Source of the DNA: Patescibacteria group bacterium | GTDB lineage: Bacteria > Patescibacteriota > Minisyncoccia > Phycocordibacterales > PALSA-1337 | Direction of reading: 5' to 3' | NCBI GenBank assembly: GCA_028865615.1 | Contig: JAGWJT010000001.1 | Span: 1,601-65,600 of the forward strand | Length of the DNA stretch: 64,000 nucleotides | Shown here: in pieces, positions 48,705-57,222 of the stretch | Layout of the letters: each line of letters opens with the position of its first letter | How positions within the stretch are numbered: position 1 is the stretch's first letter | The notes under the pieces: generated by a model | The model's input: the letters and a program-made list of their open reading frames with translations, nothing else | What the model was told of the DNA's origin: nothing | The model's database searches: none | Made by a program: the position numbers and the translations under genes

Positions 48705-48793
48705 GCCCGGGTGGCGAAATTGGTTATACGCGCAAGACTTAAAATCTTGTTTCCGTTCATTCGGAAGTGCGAGTTCGACTCTCGCCCCGGGCA
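48705..48793 (+). tRNA. tRNA-Leu(TAA)
   Basis: gcccggg acceptor, caaga-ctTAAaa-tcttg, long variable arm, GTTCGACTC. Confidence 0.93.
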
Positions 48794-48816
48794 CAAATCA
48801 GCTCAAACGGCAAAAC

Positions 48817-49428
48817 TCAAAATGCAAAACTTTTGAGGAAGCTGCGGCGATGCATCTCGCTTGGACCAAGCTTCTTGATAGCTCCGTAGTGAGCCTTCGT
48901 ACCATACCCCTTATGCACCTCAAAACCATAGCCCGGAAACCGGCGCGACAGCCGCTTCATCTTGCGGTCGCGCAGGACTTTGGCGCATATGGAGGCCAGA
49001 GCGATGATGGCGTGCTTGGCATCGCCGTCTATGATAGTCCGCTGGTTGACATACCTCGACGGCGCATATAGCGAACCGTCGAGCATGACTTTGCAAGAAT
49101 AGCCGGGCGCGGCAAAACCTTTGGCCTCAAGCTTTTTCAAGCACCTATTGAGAGCCGTCCGTGTGGCACGAGTTATACCATGCGCATCGATAATTGCGGC
49201 ACTAGAGAATGACACCGCGTAATACACTTTGCCATTTGCCTTTTGAGTTTTGATTTTTCCAAACCATTCCTCGCGTTGAGCTTCAGACAGTTGTTTCGAA
49301 TCCTTGACGCCGCGAAACTCATTCAAGGCCTTTTCCGACTTCACGGCAAAAGCGCCCACCGCTATCGGCCCCGCCAACGGCCCCCGACCCGCTTCGTCGA
49401 TGCCTATGAAGAACCCGGTTTTTTGCAT
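48817..49428 (-). CDS. rnhB: Ribonuclease HII
   Basis: GIDEAGRGPLAGP, DSK.L, ASI.AKV.RD, HKGYGT. Confidence 0.95.
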   Translation of the reverse strand: MQKTGFFIGIDEAGRGPLAGPIAVGAFAVKSEKALNEFRGVKDSKQLSEAQREEWFGKIKTQKANGKVYYAVSFSSAAIIDAHGITRATRTALNRCLKKLEAKGFAAPGYSCKVMLDGSLYAPSRYVNQRTIIDGDAKHAIIALASICAKVLRDRKMKRLSRRFPGYGFEVHKGYGTKAHYGAIKKLGPSEMHRRSFLKSFAF

Positions 49429-49478
49429 GCGTCAATTATACGCCGAACTGTCCGCTTTGCTATACTGGCACCATCGCC

Positions 49479-52400
49479 ATGGCTTCCCTATTTACCCATC
49501 TCCATACCCACTCCCACTACTCCCTGCTCAATGCCCTGCCCAGGATAGACGAGCTGGTGACAGAGGCCAAGAAGCTCGGCATGGATGCGCTGGCCTTGAC
49601 CGACAACGGCAATATGTACGGCACCATAGAGTTCTACAAGGCCTGCAAGAAAGCCGGCATCAAGCCCATCGTAGGCGTCGATTTCTATGTGGCCGCCAGG
49701 TCACGCAAGGACATGCAAGCAGGCATAGACAATCGCCGGTCACGCTTGGTATTGCTGGCCATGAATGAAACCGGTTACAGAAATCTCATACAACTCGTCA
49801 CCATATCGCACCTGGAAGGTTTCTATTACAAGCCGCGCATAGACCGAGAGCTCATCGAAAAATACAATGAGGGCCTCGTCTGCATCATGCCTTCGTTCAG
49901 CGGCGAGATCGCCCAGTCGCTCAAAGGCAGGAATCAGGACAAGGCAAAGGAAGTCGCCAATTTTTATAAAAGAGTGTTTCAGAAGGAGCTTCCGAACCTT
50001 CCGACTAGGCTCTTCATAGAAATAACCCGCCATCCCGAGATAGACGGGCACGAGCAGAACATGAAAACACTGGCCGACTTTGCTCGGGCGCAGGATATTC
50101 CTGTCATGGCCGCCCATGATGTCTACTACCTACACCCGGATGACCGCCAAGCCCGCGAGACTCTCGTGAGGGTCAATTCGCATATGGACGCATCCGACCG
50201 CATATCAGACGGCGACGAAGACGATTTCTCCTTCATATCGGGTGAGCGAGCCGAAGAACTATTCAGGGACATGCCCGAGGCGCTCGACAATACCGCCGCC
50301 ATAGCCGGAGCTTGCAACCTGGACCTCAAGCTAGGTACTTGGTTCTTCCCCGACTTCAAGGTGAAGAGCGGCCTATCAGCCGACGATGAACTTCACAGGC
50401 TGGTATTCGAAGGATTCGACAAACGCGGCGTAGAAAAAACCTCGGAGGCTGTATCGCGCGCCGAATACGAGCTCAAAGTCATACGCGACAAAGGCTACGC
50501 TCCGTACTTCCTCGTAGTGGCAGACCTGCTCCGATACGCCAAAGAGAACGGCATACTTTCCAACATCAGGGGTTCCGTGTCCGGTTCCATAGTGACTTAC
50601 TTGTCCGGCATCACTCAGATCAACCCGCTCACATATGAGATACCCTTCGAGCGCTTCCTGAACCCGGACCGCCCCTCGGCGCCGGATATAGACATGGACT
50701 ATGCCGACGATCGCAGAGACGAGATCATAGATTATGTCCGCCGAAAATATGGCCAGGACAAAGTGGCCCAGATAGGCACATTTGGCACCATGATGGCTCG
50801 TGGCTCCGTCCGTGATGTCACCCGCGCACTTGGCTTCGCCGTGGAGACGGGAGACCGCATAGCCAAGATGATACCAATGGGCTCGCAAGGCTTCCCCATG
50901 ACCATAGATAGGGCTCTGGCCGAGACGCCGGAACTCAAGCAGGCATACGATTCCGAGCCTGACACAAAGCGCATCATAGACATGGCCAAGAAGATAGAGG
51001 GCTGCGCCCGCCACATAGGCGTCCATGCCGCCGGCGTAGTCATAGCCCCGACCAAGCTCACCGACTATACCCCGCTTCAATATGATCCAAAAGGCGAAGG
51101 AAAAATCATTACTCAATACGATATGTATTCCATAGACGAGAATGGCGCTGGTCTTTTGAAATTCGACTTCCTGGGCCTGAAGAACCTGACCATCATAGCC
51201 GATGCTGTCAGCCGCATAGCAAAGATAGACGGTGTCTCGATAGACCTGGACAAATTGCCCATAGACGATAGAGAGACTTTTGAGATGCTGGCCAGAGGCG
51301 AGACGGCCGATTTGTTCCAACTGAACGGCGACGGCATGACCAGATTCTTGAAAGACCTGAAACCGTCATCGATACACGATATCAACGCCATGGTGGCCCT
51401 ATACCGCCCAGGTCCTATGCAATTCATCCCTGACTATATAGCCCGTAAGCACGACCATTCGCTCATCAAATATCTCGACCCCGCCATGGAAAAGATACTT
51501 GCCAAGACTTATGGCATCCTGGTCTATCAGGACGACTTGCTCATCATGGCGCACGACTTGGCCGGCTATTCATGGATAGAAGTGGACAAATTCCGCAAAG
51601 CCGTAGGCAAGAAGATACCCGCGGAGATGGCGGAGCAGAAAGAGAAATTCATCAAAGGCTGCATGAAGCACAGCAAATGGTCGGAGAAAAAAGCCAAGGA
51701 AGTTTGGAAGTGGATAGAGCCTTTCGCGGCATACGGCTTCAACAAGGCCCACTCCGTGTCGTACGGCCGCGTGGCCTACATAACCGCATACCTGAAAGCT
51801 CATTTTCCGGAAATATATCTGTCGGCGGTGCTGACTTCGGAACAAGGCGAAACGGACAAAGTGGCGGAGACCATAGCTGAATGCAAACGTATGGATATAC
51901 CCGTCCTGCCGCCGGACGTGAACGAGTCGTTCAGCAAATTCACGGTGGTCAAAAATCAATCGGGGTCGGAGACTCATGCTCCGCAGAACCAGGTGTCTCC
52001 TCGCCCGTCATCCAACCGAACAGAGACGGGCTCGGAGCACCCTACGTTCTCGCCGCCGCCAGTGGTCCAGACAACTCGTTCCTCCGCAGCGGCTCCGAAA
52101 GTTTCTGCTGAACATGAGTCTCCGACCCCTCCTTCCGCTCCGACCTATTCCGCTCCGGCTCATTCAAGCACATATCACACCATTCGCTTTGGGCTGGTCA
52201 CCATCAAGAATTTCGGCCAAGGCATATCGACGGCCATCATAGACGAGCGCAAGAAAGGCGGCCGATTCAAGTCCTTGGCCGACTTCCTGGAGCGCGTCCA
52301 TGACCGCAACCTCAACAAAAAATCCCTAGAGTCGCTCATCAAGGCCGGGGCCATGGACTGCTTCGGCCACGACCGCGGCGTCATGCTGGCCAATATCGAT

Positions 52401-52901
52401 CGATTGCTGGAATACAACAAAGAGAGTTCTTCGCGGCATGCCGACCAGGATTCCCTGTTCGGAGGCATGGCTGATCATTCATCGGTACCTTCCCTGCGCC
52501 TGGAAGAGACCGCCCCAGCCGAGATGCGCGACAAGCTCAATTGGGAAAAGGAGCTTTTGGGCCTATACATATCCGGTCACCCGCTCGACCGGTATCGCGA
52601 TATCATCCGGAAGAAAGACATAGACATCAAGAAGGCTCTGGAGACGATCAAGGAGGGCGGCTCGGCGGTCATCGCCGCCATCATAAGCGAAGTGCGCACA
52701 GTCCAGACCAAGAACAACGAGACTATGGCGTTCTTGTCTATCGCCGATTTCTCCGGCTCCGCCGACGCCGTAGTCTTCCCGCGCACTTATCGCGAGTACC
52801 GCGAGATCATAGTGCCGGACGCCTGCCTGGCCTTCAAAGCCATCGTCAACGAGCGCAACGGCGAAAAAGGGTTTGTTATAGAGAGGATGAAGAAACTATA
52901 A
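49479..52901 (+). CDS. dnaE: DNA polymerase III alpha subunit with in-frame insertion
   Basis: PHP HLHTHSHYS, FERFLNP.R...PDIDMD, KFDFLGL, YGFNKAH, OB fold. Confidence 0.97.
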   Translation: MASLFTHLHTHSHYSLLNALPRIDELVTEAKKLGMDALALTDNGNMYGTIEFYKACKKAGIKPIVGVDFYVAARSRKDMQAGIDNRRSRLVLLAMNETGYRNLIQLVTISHLEGFYYKPRIDRELIEKYNEGLVCIMPSFSGEIAQSLKGRNQDKAKEVANFYKRVFQKELPNLPTRLFIEITRHPEIDGHEQNMKTLADFARAQDIPVMAAHDVYYLHPDDRQARETLVRVNSHMDASDRISDGDEDDFSFISGERAEELFRDMPEALDNTAAIAGACNLDLKLGTWFFPDFKVKSGLSADDELHRLVFEGFDKRGVEKTSEAVSRAEYELKVIRDKGYAPYFLVVADLLRYAKENGILSNIRGSVSGSIVTYLSGITQINPLTYEIPFERFLNPDRPSAPDIDMDYADDRRDEIIDYVRRKYGQDKVAQIGTFGTMMARGSVRDVTRALGFAVETGDRIAKMIPMGSQGFPMTIDRALAETPELKQAYDSEPDTKRIIDMAKKIEGCARHIGVHAAGVVIAPTKLTDYTPLQYDPKGEGKIITQYDMYSIDENGAGLLKFDFLGLKNLTIIADAVSRIAKIDGVSIDLDKLPIDDRETFEMLARGETADLFQLNGDGMTRFLKDLKPSSIHDINAMVALYRPGPMQFIPDYIARKHDHSLIKYLDPAMEKILAKTYGILVYQDDLLIMAHDLAGYSWIEVDKFRKAVGKKIPAEMAEQKEKFIKGCMKHSKWSEKKAKEVWKWIEPFAAYGFNKAHSVSYGRVAYITAYLKAHFPEIYLSAVLTSEQGETDKVAETIAECKRMDIPVLPPDVNESFSKFTVVKNQSGSETHAPQNQVSPRPSSNRTETGSEHPTFSPPPVVQTTRSSAAAPKVSAEHESPTPPSAPTYSAPAHSSTYHTIRFGLVTIKNFGQGISTAIIDERKKGGRFKSLADFLERVHDRNLNKKSLESLIKAGAMDCFGHDRGVMLANIDRLLEYNKESSSRHADQDSLFGGMADHSSVPSLRLEETAPAEMRDKLNWEKELLGLYISGHPLDRYRDIIRKKDIDIKKALETIKEGGSAVIAAIISEVRTVQTKNNETMAFLSIADFSGSADAVVFPRTYREYREIIVPDACLAFKAIVNERNGEKGFVIERMKKL
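51962..52129. mobile_element. 168-bp in-frame palindromic element in dnaE (branched-hairpin family, inverted orientation)
   Basis: ggggtcggagactcatg/catgagtctccgacccc ends; lies between PDVNES..F and IRFGL. Confidence 0.85.
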
Positions 52902-52903
52902 AT

Positions 52904-53284
52904 TCAAAGTGGTGTTTTATCCGTCCTATAATATTCTCTGAGTGAACTGAATTTATCGTCACGGACACCGAAAATTGCCACCTCATGCATGTCTATGCGC
53001 AAGTTACGGACTGTATCTGTGAAAATAGCATTCCATTCCGCGATGACAGTTTGGCCGTCTTCATCTAACCACAAATTCAACAGCTTGAATGATATGTCTT
53101 TCTGGGCACCGACAATTTTGCTTTGCCAATAAGCTTTTATGCCCTCATGATCCTTCTGTTCCCCTTCGCACGGATCGAAATAAGTGGCATCCGGTGTGAA
53201 TATAGTCAATATGAGATCTGCGTCTCGGTTGATCCAAGCTCTGCCATATGTGTCTATGAGAGCAACTGCTTCTTGTCTCGTCAT
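52904..53284 (-). CDS. NTF2/SnoaL-like protein
   Basis: AW...D......FT.DA.Y..P; I..YW; REY. Confidence 0.8.
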   Translation of the reverse strand: MTRQEAVALIDTYGRAWINRDADLILTIFTPDATYFDPCEGEQKDHEGIKAYWQSKIVGAQKDISFKLLNLWLDEDGQTVIAEWNAIFTDTVRNLRIDMHEVAIFGVRDDKFSSLREYYRTDKTPL

Positions 53285-53295
53285 ACCAGATAATC

Positions 53296-54069
53296 CTACA
53301 TCTTCTCAGCCTCGATTGCCATGAACATCGGTATCTCTTTGCGGGCTTTGTCTTCGGCCTCCGACCGCGGACCTTTCTGACTCTTCCTGTGAGATATCCA
53401 CTCCTCCAGCCTCGTCACGGCAAAACCGGCTTTGGCAAGAGCCTTGAAATAGCCCTGCAAGGGCCTATGAAATGAGACTGTCATCTCCTTCGACTTCGCC
53501 GACTTGGCGCCTGGATTCATGTCTATCTCCGATCTGGAATCAGACATGTAGCCATCTATCCTTCTGTACTGAACCTTTCCCTCTTCATCCCAGCCCCACT
53601 CCGACTCCTTCGGTATGCGAAACGCGGGATGGTTAAGCACAAAGACGAATGAGCCGCCCGGCCTCAAGACGCGGGCGCATTCGGTCGCGACACCGGCGAT
53701 GTTCTCTATATTCTGCAATGCCAAGACGATGACAGCCGTATCGACGGATCCGTCAGGTATTGATGAAAGGCCGTCAGCCGGAGCAACACGATAATCTATA
53801 CCCGCCGACGGTTTGCTCTTTGCGGCTTCTATGAGGCTCTTTGATATATCGCATGAGACGACTCGCGCTCCGGCGGCCGCAAAGGTGCGCGAAAAATATC
53901 CCTGTCCGCAAGCGATATCCGCCACTGTCATGCCCGGCTTCGGCCCGACGATACGCATCAGATTCGGCAATATGACCTTAGCCTGGAATGAATCCTCCGA
54001 CCCTTCCAGGAGATCATCATACCATTCCGCCACATTTTCCCATGAAGTCTTGTCCGGCTTTTTATTCAT
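53296..54069 (-). CDS. Class I SAM-dependent methyltransferase
   Basis: DIACGQG, RVLRPGG, NHPAF, FHRPL. Confidence 0.88.
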   Translation of the reverse strand: MNKKPDKTSWENVAEWYDDLLEGSEDSFQAKVILPNLMRIVGPKPGMTVADIACGQGYFSRTFAAAGARVVSCDISKSLIEAAKSKPSAGIDYRVAPADGLSSIPDGSVDTAVIVLALQNIENIAGVATECARVLRPGGSFVFVLNHPAFRIPKESEWGWDEEGKVQYRRIDGYMSDSRSEIDMNPGAKSAKSKEMTVSFHRPLQGYFKALAKAGFAVTRLEEWISHRKSQKGPRSEAEDKARKEIPMFMAIEAEKM

Positions 54070-54111
54070 GGTCGTATTGTACAGGAAATATCTGATCCGC
54101 CACAATATCGC

Positions 54112-54621
54112 TCATTTGCGCGGATCAAAATCCTCCGTGAGCTTGATGGTCACCTTGCCCCTAAATTTGCCGCCTGGTCCCTTGGAATCAATACGCGCCA
54201 TGGCGTTATAAAGGTCGAATAATGCACTCGGCGACTTCTCCAGCTTGTACCGATTGAGCGAGTAGCCGCTGATGATATATTGCCTTAGCACGCCTGTAGC
54301 CCATATGCGGAATTGGGTGGCTTTCTTGGAGTTAACGCGATATCCCACTGCAATTATCACATCGAGGTTGTAGCAATTTACCTCCCTTTTTACCTTGCGG
54401 ACACCTTCGTTTTGAACTATCCGGAATTTCCGGATAGTTGATGCTTCATTCAATTCCTTGCTCTGAAAGATGTTCTGGACGTGCTCATTTACTGTACGCA
54501 CATCAACATCGAATAATTCGGCTATCTGCGCTTGCGTAGCCCAGATCGTATCCTTTTTTGTATCGGCCCTGAGCTCGATCTCTCCGCTTTCTCCTTGATA
54601 GATCACAATATTGTCTTTCAT
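54112..54621 (-). CDS. RhuM family (virulence-related DNA-binding) protein
   Basis: TIWATQAQIAELF, YNLDVIIAVGYRVNS..ATQFRIWAT. Confidence 0.88.
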   Translation of the reverse strand: MKDNIVIYQGESGEIELRADTKKDTIWATQAQIAELFDVDVRTVNEHVQNIFQSKELNEASTIRKFRIVQNEGVRKVKREVNCYNLDVIIAVGYRVNSKKATQFRIWATGVLRQYIISGYSLNRYKLEKSPSALFDLYNAMARIDSKGPGGKFRGKVTIKLTEDFDPRK

Positions 54622-54840
54622 AATATTAAAATCGATTATGTTAATAATGAGCAAAAATGAACAAACACGTAACACGCGACGGCTATATGCGCCGCCAAAT
54701 TATTCAGTTGTAGTTCGTTTGTCTTGAATACCGAGAATCAGCTCACGTTCTGATGCAGATAATTGTATCAAAAATCTTCCGCCGCACAACTATTCATGCA
54801 AGAATTTTTGTGTCGTAAAAATAAACAATCTAGTAATCAT

Positions 54841-55509
54841 CTACTTCGCCTCGCCCGGCGCGTGCTCGGGGATGACGGGGCCGGGGGTTATGGTGCGCGG
54901 CAGGACCAGATGCGGCGCGGAGAAGAGCAGGACGGCGCTAACCAGCGAAGCTATGCCGGTCAAGATGAAGACGGCGTCGAAGCCCCAAAGGTTTGCGATC
55001 GCCCCGCCCACGAACGCGGCGATCCCGGACGCCACTCCTATGGTCGTAGAATCCAGCGACCAATCGAAAGCATAATGATCCTTGTCCAAATGTCGCGAGA
55101 ATATGGCCGACCAAGACGGCGTGTAGAGGCCATAAGCCAATGCCTGCAAGACGACCACCACGAACAGCCAGAACATGTTGTTCACCAATGGGAAGACTAG
55201 AGCCGTGAATCCGGCGGCGGTCAGACCGAGTATCAGGGCATTGAAATCGTCGCGCTCCCCCTCGTGTTTGTCCAGGAATATTGCCACGGGTATCTGCCAG
55301 ACGGCTTTGACCAGCCAGTACACGGCAAAGGCCGCGCCTACGGTGAAAGCGGTGGCTTCCGGCACTTTGGCTACTATGAAAAGGGCGAATATCGGGTTGA
55401 TGAGACCCCACCCGCCCCAGAAGAACAGGTCGGCCAATATCAGATACTTGACTATCCGGCCAACCCTGGCCTGCCTGAAGTCTAGCGGTATGTCTACTTT
55501 GAAGCGCAT
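54841..55509 (-). CDS. Half-size MFS transporter-like protein
   Basis: 6 TMs, Q.P.....DK motif-A-like segment. Confidence 0.7.
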   Translation of the reverse strand: MRFKVDIPLDFRQARVGRIVKYLILADLFFWGGWGLINPIFALFIVAKVPEATAFTVGAAFAVYWLVKAVWQIPVAIFLDKHEGERDDFNALILGLTAAGFTALVFPLVNNMFWLFVVVVLQALAYGLYTPSWSAIFSRHLDKDHYAFDWSLDSTTIGVASGIAAFVGGAIANLWGFDAVFILTGIASLVSAVLLFSAPHLVLPRTITPGPVIPEHAPGEAK

Positions 55510-55542
55510 GGTGGATACATTCTATATCGGATCGACGCTTTA

Positions 55543-55879
55543 TCAAAACCGCATATCGTACCAATCCAGTCCGTATATTTCCTGGATCAGGATGCGTTCG
55601 CCCTTAGCCCAGGTACGATGGCCATTTAGACCCAAGAGAGCGATCGCGTCATTCACGCTCTTCTCGCTGGTACCCTCTATTTCCATGAATGCGGGCATTC
55701 CCGGATATTGGTCTATGTCGAAAGTCCAATCTCTGAACGCGAACGATGTCCTTATCTTTTCCTGATGCGCATATCTCTCCAATCCTATCTCCTCGAATAA
55801 GTCGGTCAGCTTATCCGACTCCGCTATATTGAAATTTATCTCTTTATGCTTCCTGGCCGTGCCTATGATGTCATGAATT
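55543..55879 (-). pseudogene. 5'-truncated CYTH (class IV adenylate cyclase-like) gene
   Basis: Frame reads ..KEINF..FEEIGL..QEKIR.SF..DIDQYPG..FMEIEG; a TAA lies upstream and the N-terminal ExExK is absent. Confidence 0.6.
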
Positions 55880-55889
55880 TACGATCTAT

Positions 55890-56345
55890 TCAATGCGACT
55901 TCTTAACAAACTCATCTATTAATGGTAACTGGTATCCTACGATCTTGGATCTCGCTTCTTCGACGGAAAAGAATCCGGCGCGATCGACTTCGGGTATGTC
56001 TATTTTCTTTCCGGACTTTGGCGGCCATTCTATGGTTATCATGTTGCTGATTATCTTCGTCGGGTCGCAATCTCCCTCGAACATCCATGCGTGGACAGTC
56101 TTACCGGGTCTATCCGCAGATCCGATAGATACGAAATCCCCTTCGGCCGTCACGCCGGTTTCTTCCTTGAATTCCCTCTTCGCCACTTCCAACATCTCTT
56201 CACCTTCTTCCGTCTCGCCTTTTGGTATGCTCCATACCCCAATATCTTTATTTTTCCAAAAAGGACCTCCCGGATGCACCAACAAGATCTCTGGTTCACC
56301 ATTGACCATCCTATACATCAATAATCCCGCGCTTATCTTAGGCAT
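55890..56345 (-). CDS. NUDIX hydrolase
   Basis: LVHPGGPFW, WSIPKGE......AKREFKEETG, PEVDR. Confidence 0.9.
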   Translation of the reverse strand: MPKISAGLLMYRMVNGEPEILLVHPGGPFWKNKDIGVWSIPKGETEEGEEMLEVAKREFKEETGVTAEGDFVSIGSADRPGKTVHAWMFEGDCDPTKIISNMITIEWPPKSGKKIDIPEVDRAGFFSVEEARSKIVGYQLPLIDEFVKKSH

Positions 56346-56441
56346 GAAGAGAGTATATCATGCACACTTTAATCTACATAAAACAAGGAGAGTTTGGACT
56401 TCGCTTACATTAGCCAGACATCAATATAATTTTGTGTCAAC

Positions 56442-56469
56442 TTGCAAAATCACCACAGCTTGATATCAT
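56442..56469 (+). promoter_or_regulatory. Promoter of candidate DUF3800-associated RNA
   Basis: TTGCAA-16bp-TATCAT with extended TG. Confidence 0.55.
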
Positions 56470-56475
56470 TCACGC

Positions 56476-56572
56476 ACAACTAGGACCCCGCGACAAATCC
56501 GCCGTATGGGGAAAGATCAGAAATGATCTAACGGGCATCCTGACCATCCGCCGCAAGGCGGATGGTTGCTTT
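56476..56572 (+). ncRNA. Candidate DUF3800-associated structured RNA
   Basis: agga/tcct, cccc/gggg, agatca-GAAA-tgatct, accatccgcc-GCAA-ggcggatggt. Confidence 0.6.
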
Positions 56573-57106
56573 GCAACGACCAGAAATATGTCGATAGAGT
56601 TCACTCGCGGTTCCTGTTGATTTGTTGTGATAGGATCTGACCAACCAAGCCAATGCATCAGCAAGCCTGATCATTGGACAAGATCTGTCGTCAACGGTCT
56701 TTATAGATTTTACCGACAACCCTCTGCACCGCAAAGATCGCTTTATCTGGCTTTCATACCATTTAGGTTTTTTACCATCGATATATACTTTCTCTACATC
56801 AATCTCCGTTATAAGTGTGGCCATAGAATCATACAGCTCCTTTACCGGATCTATGGGATTATCAACTATCCTGTATTTGAACGAGAATTTCAGTTTAGAG
56901 ACCTTGATGATAAATTGTCTGCGAATAGACCAACCTCTGCGCGATCCGAAATCTGCCCAATGAAAATCGCTAATACCGAGACGTCTTTCAATGTCTTGAA
57001 TGCCGCGACTAACTGCCGTCTCATCTCTAACTCCTACATAGACCGCCACAAAACTCGATCTATCAGATCTTTTGTGTATACCTGATTCATCAATGAATAT
57101 ATGCAT
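56528..57106 (-). CDS. DUF3800 family (RNase H-like) protein
   Basis: IFIDESG, FHW, YID, I.LAD.LA. Confidence 0.85.
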   Translation of the reverse strand: MHIFIDESGIHKRSDRSSFVAVYVGVRDETAVSRGIQDIERRLGISDFHWADFGSRRGWSIRRQFIIKVSKLKFSFKYRIVDNPIDPVKELYDSMATLITEIDVEKVYIDGKKPKWYESQIKRSLRCRGLSVKSIKTVDDRSCPMIRLADALAWLVRSYHNKSTGTASELYRHISGRCKATIRLAADGQDAR

Positions 57107-57222
57107 GCAAAAAAGACTACCGGTGAACGATTAGAAACAGCCCTTTCGAGAAGCTGTGCAACGGATCGACATTGTACCATAGACCACTCCCAAATATGCA
57201 ATCAAAGTGTTATAGTACCGCT

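Noticed and set aside
51962-52129. Intein or self-splicing intron in dnaE or tsaD
   Set aside because: Too short, with no C/S..HN intein termini and no recognisable group I/II core; DNA palindromy explains the inserts.
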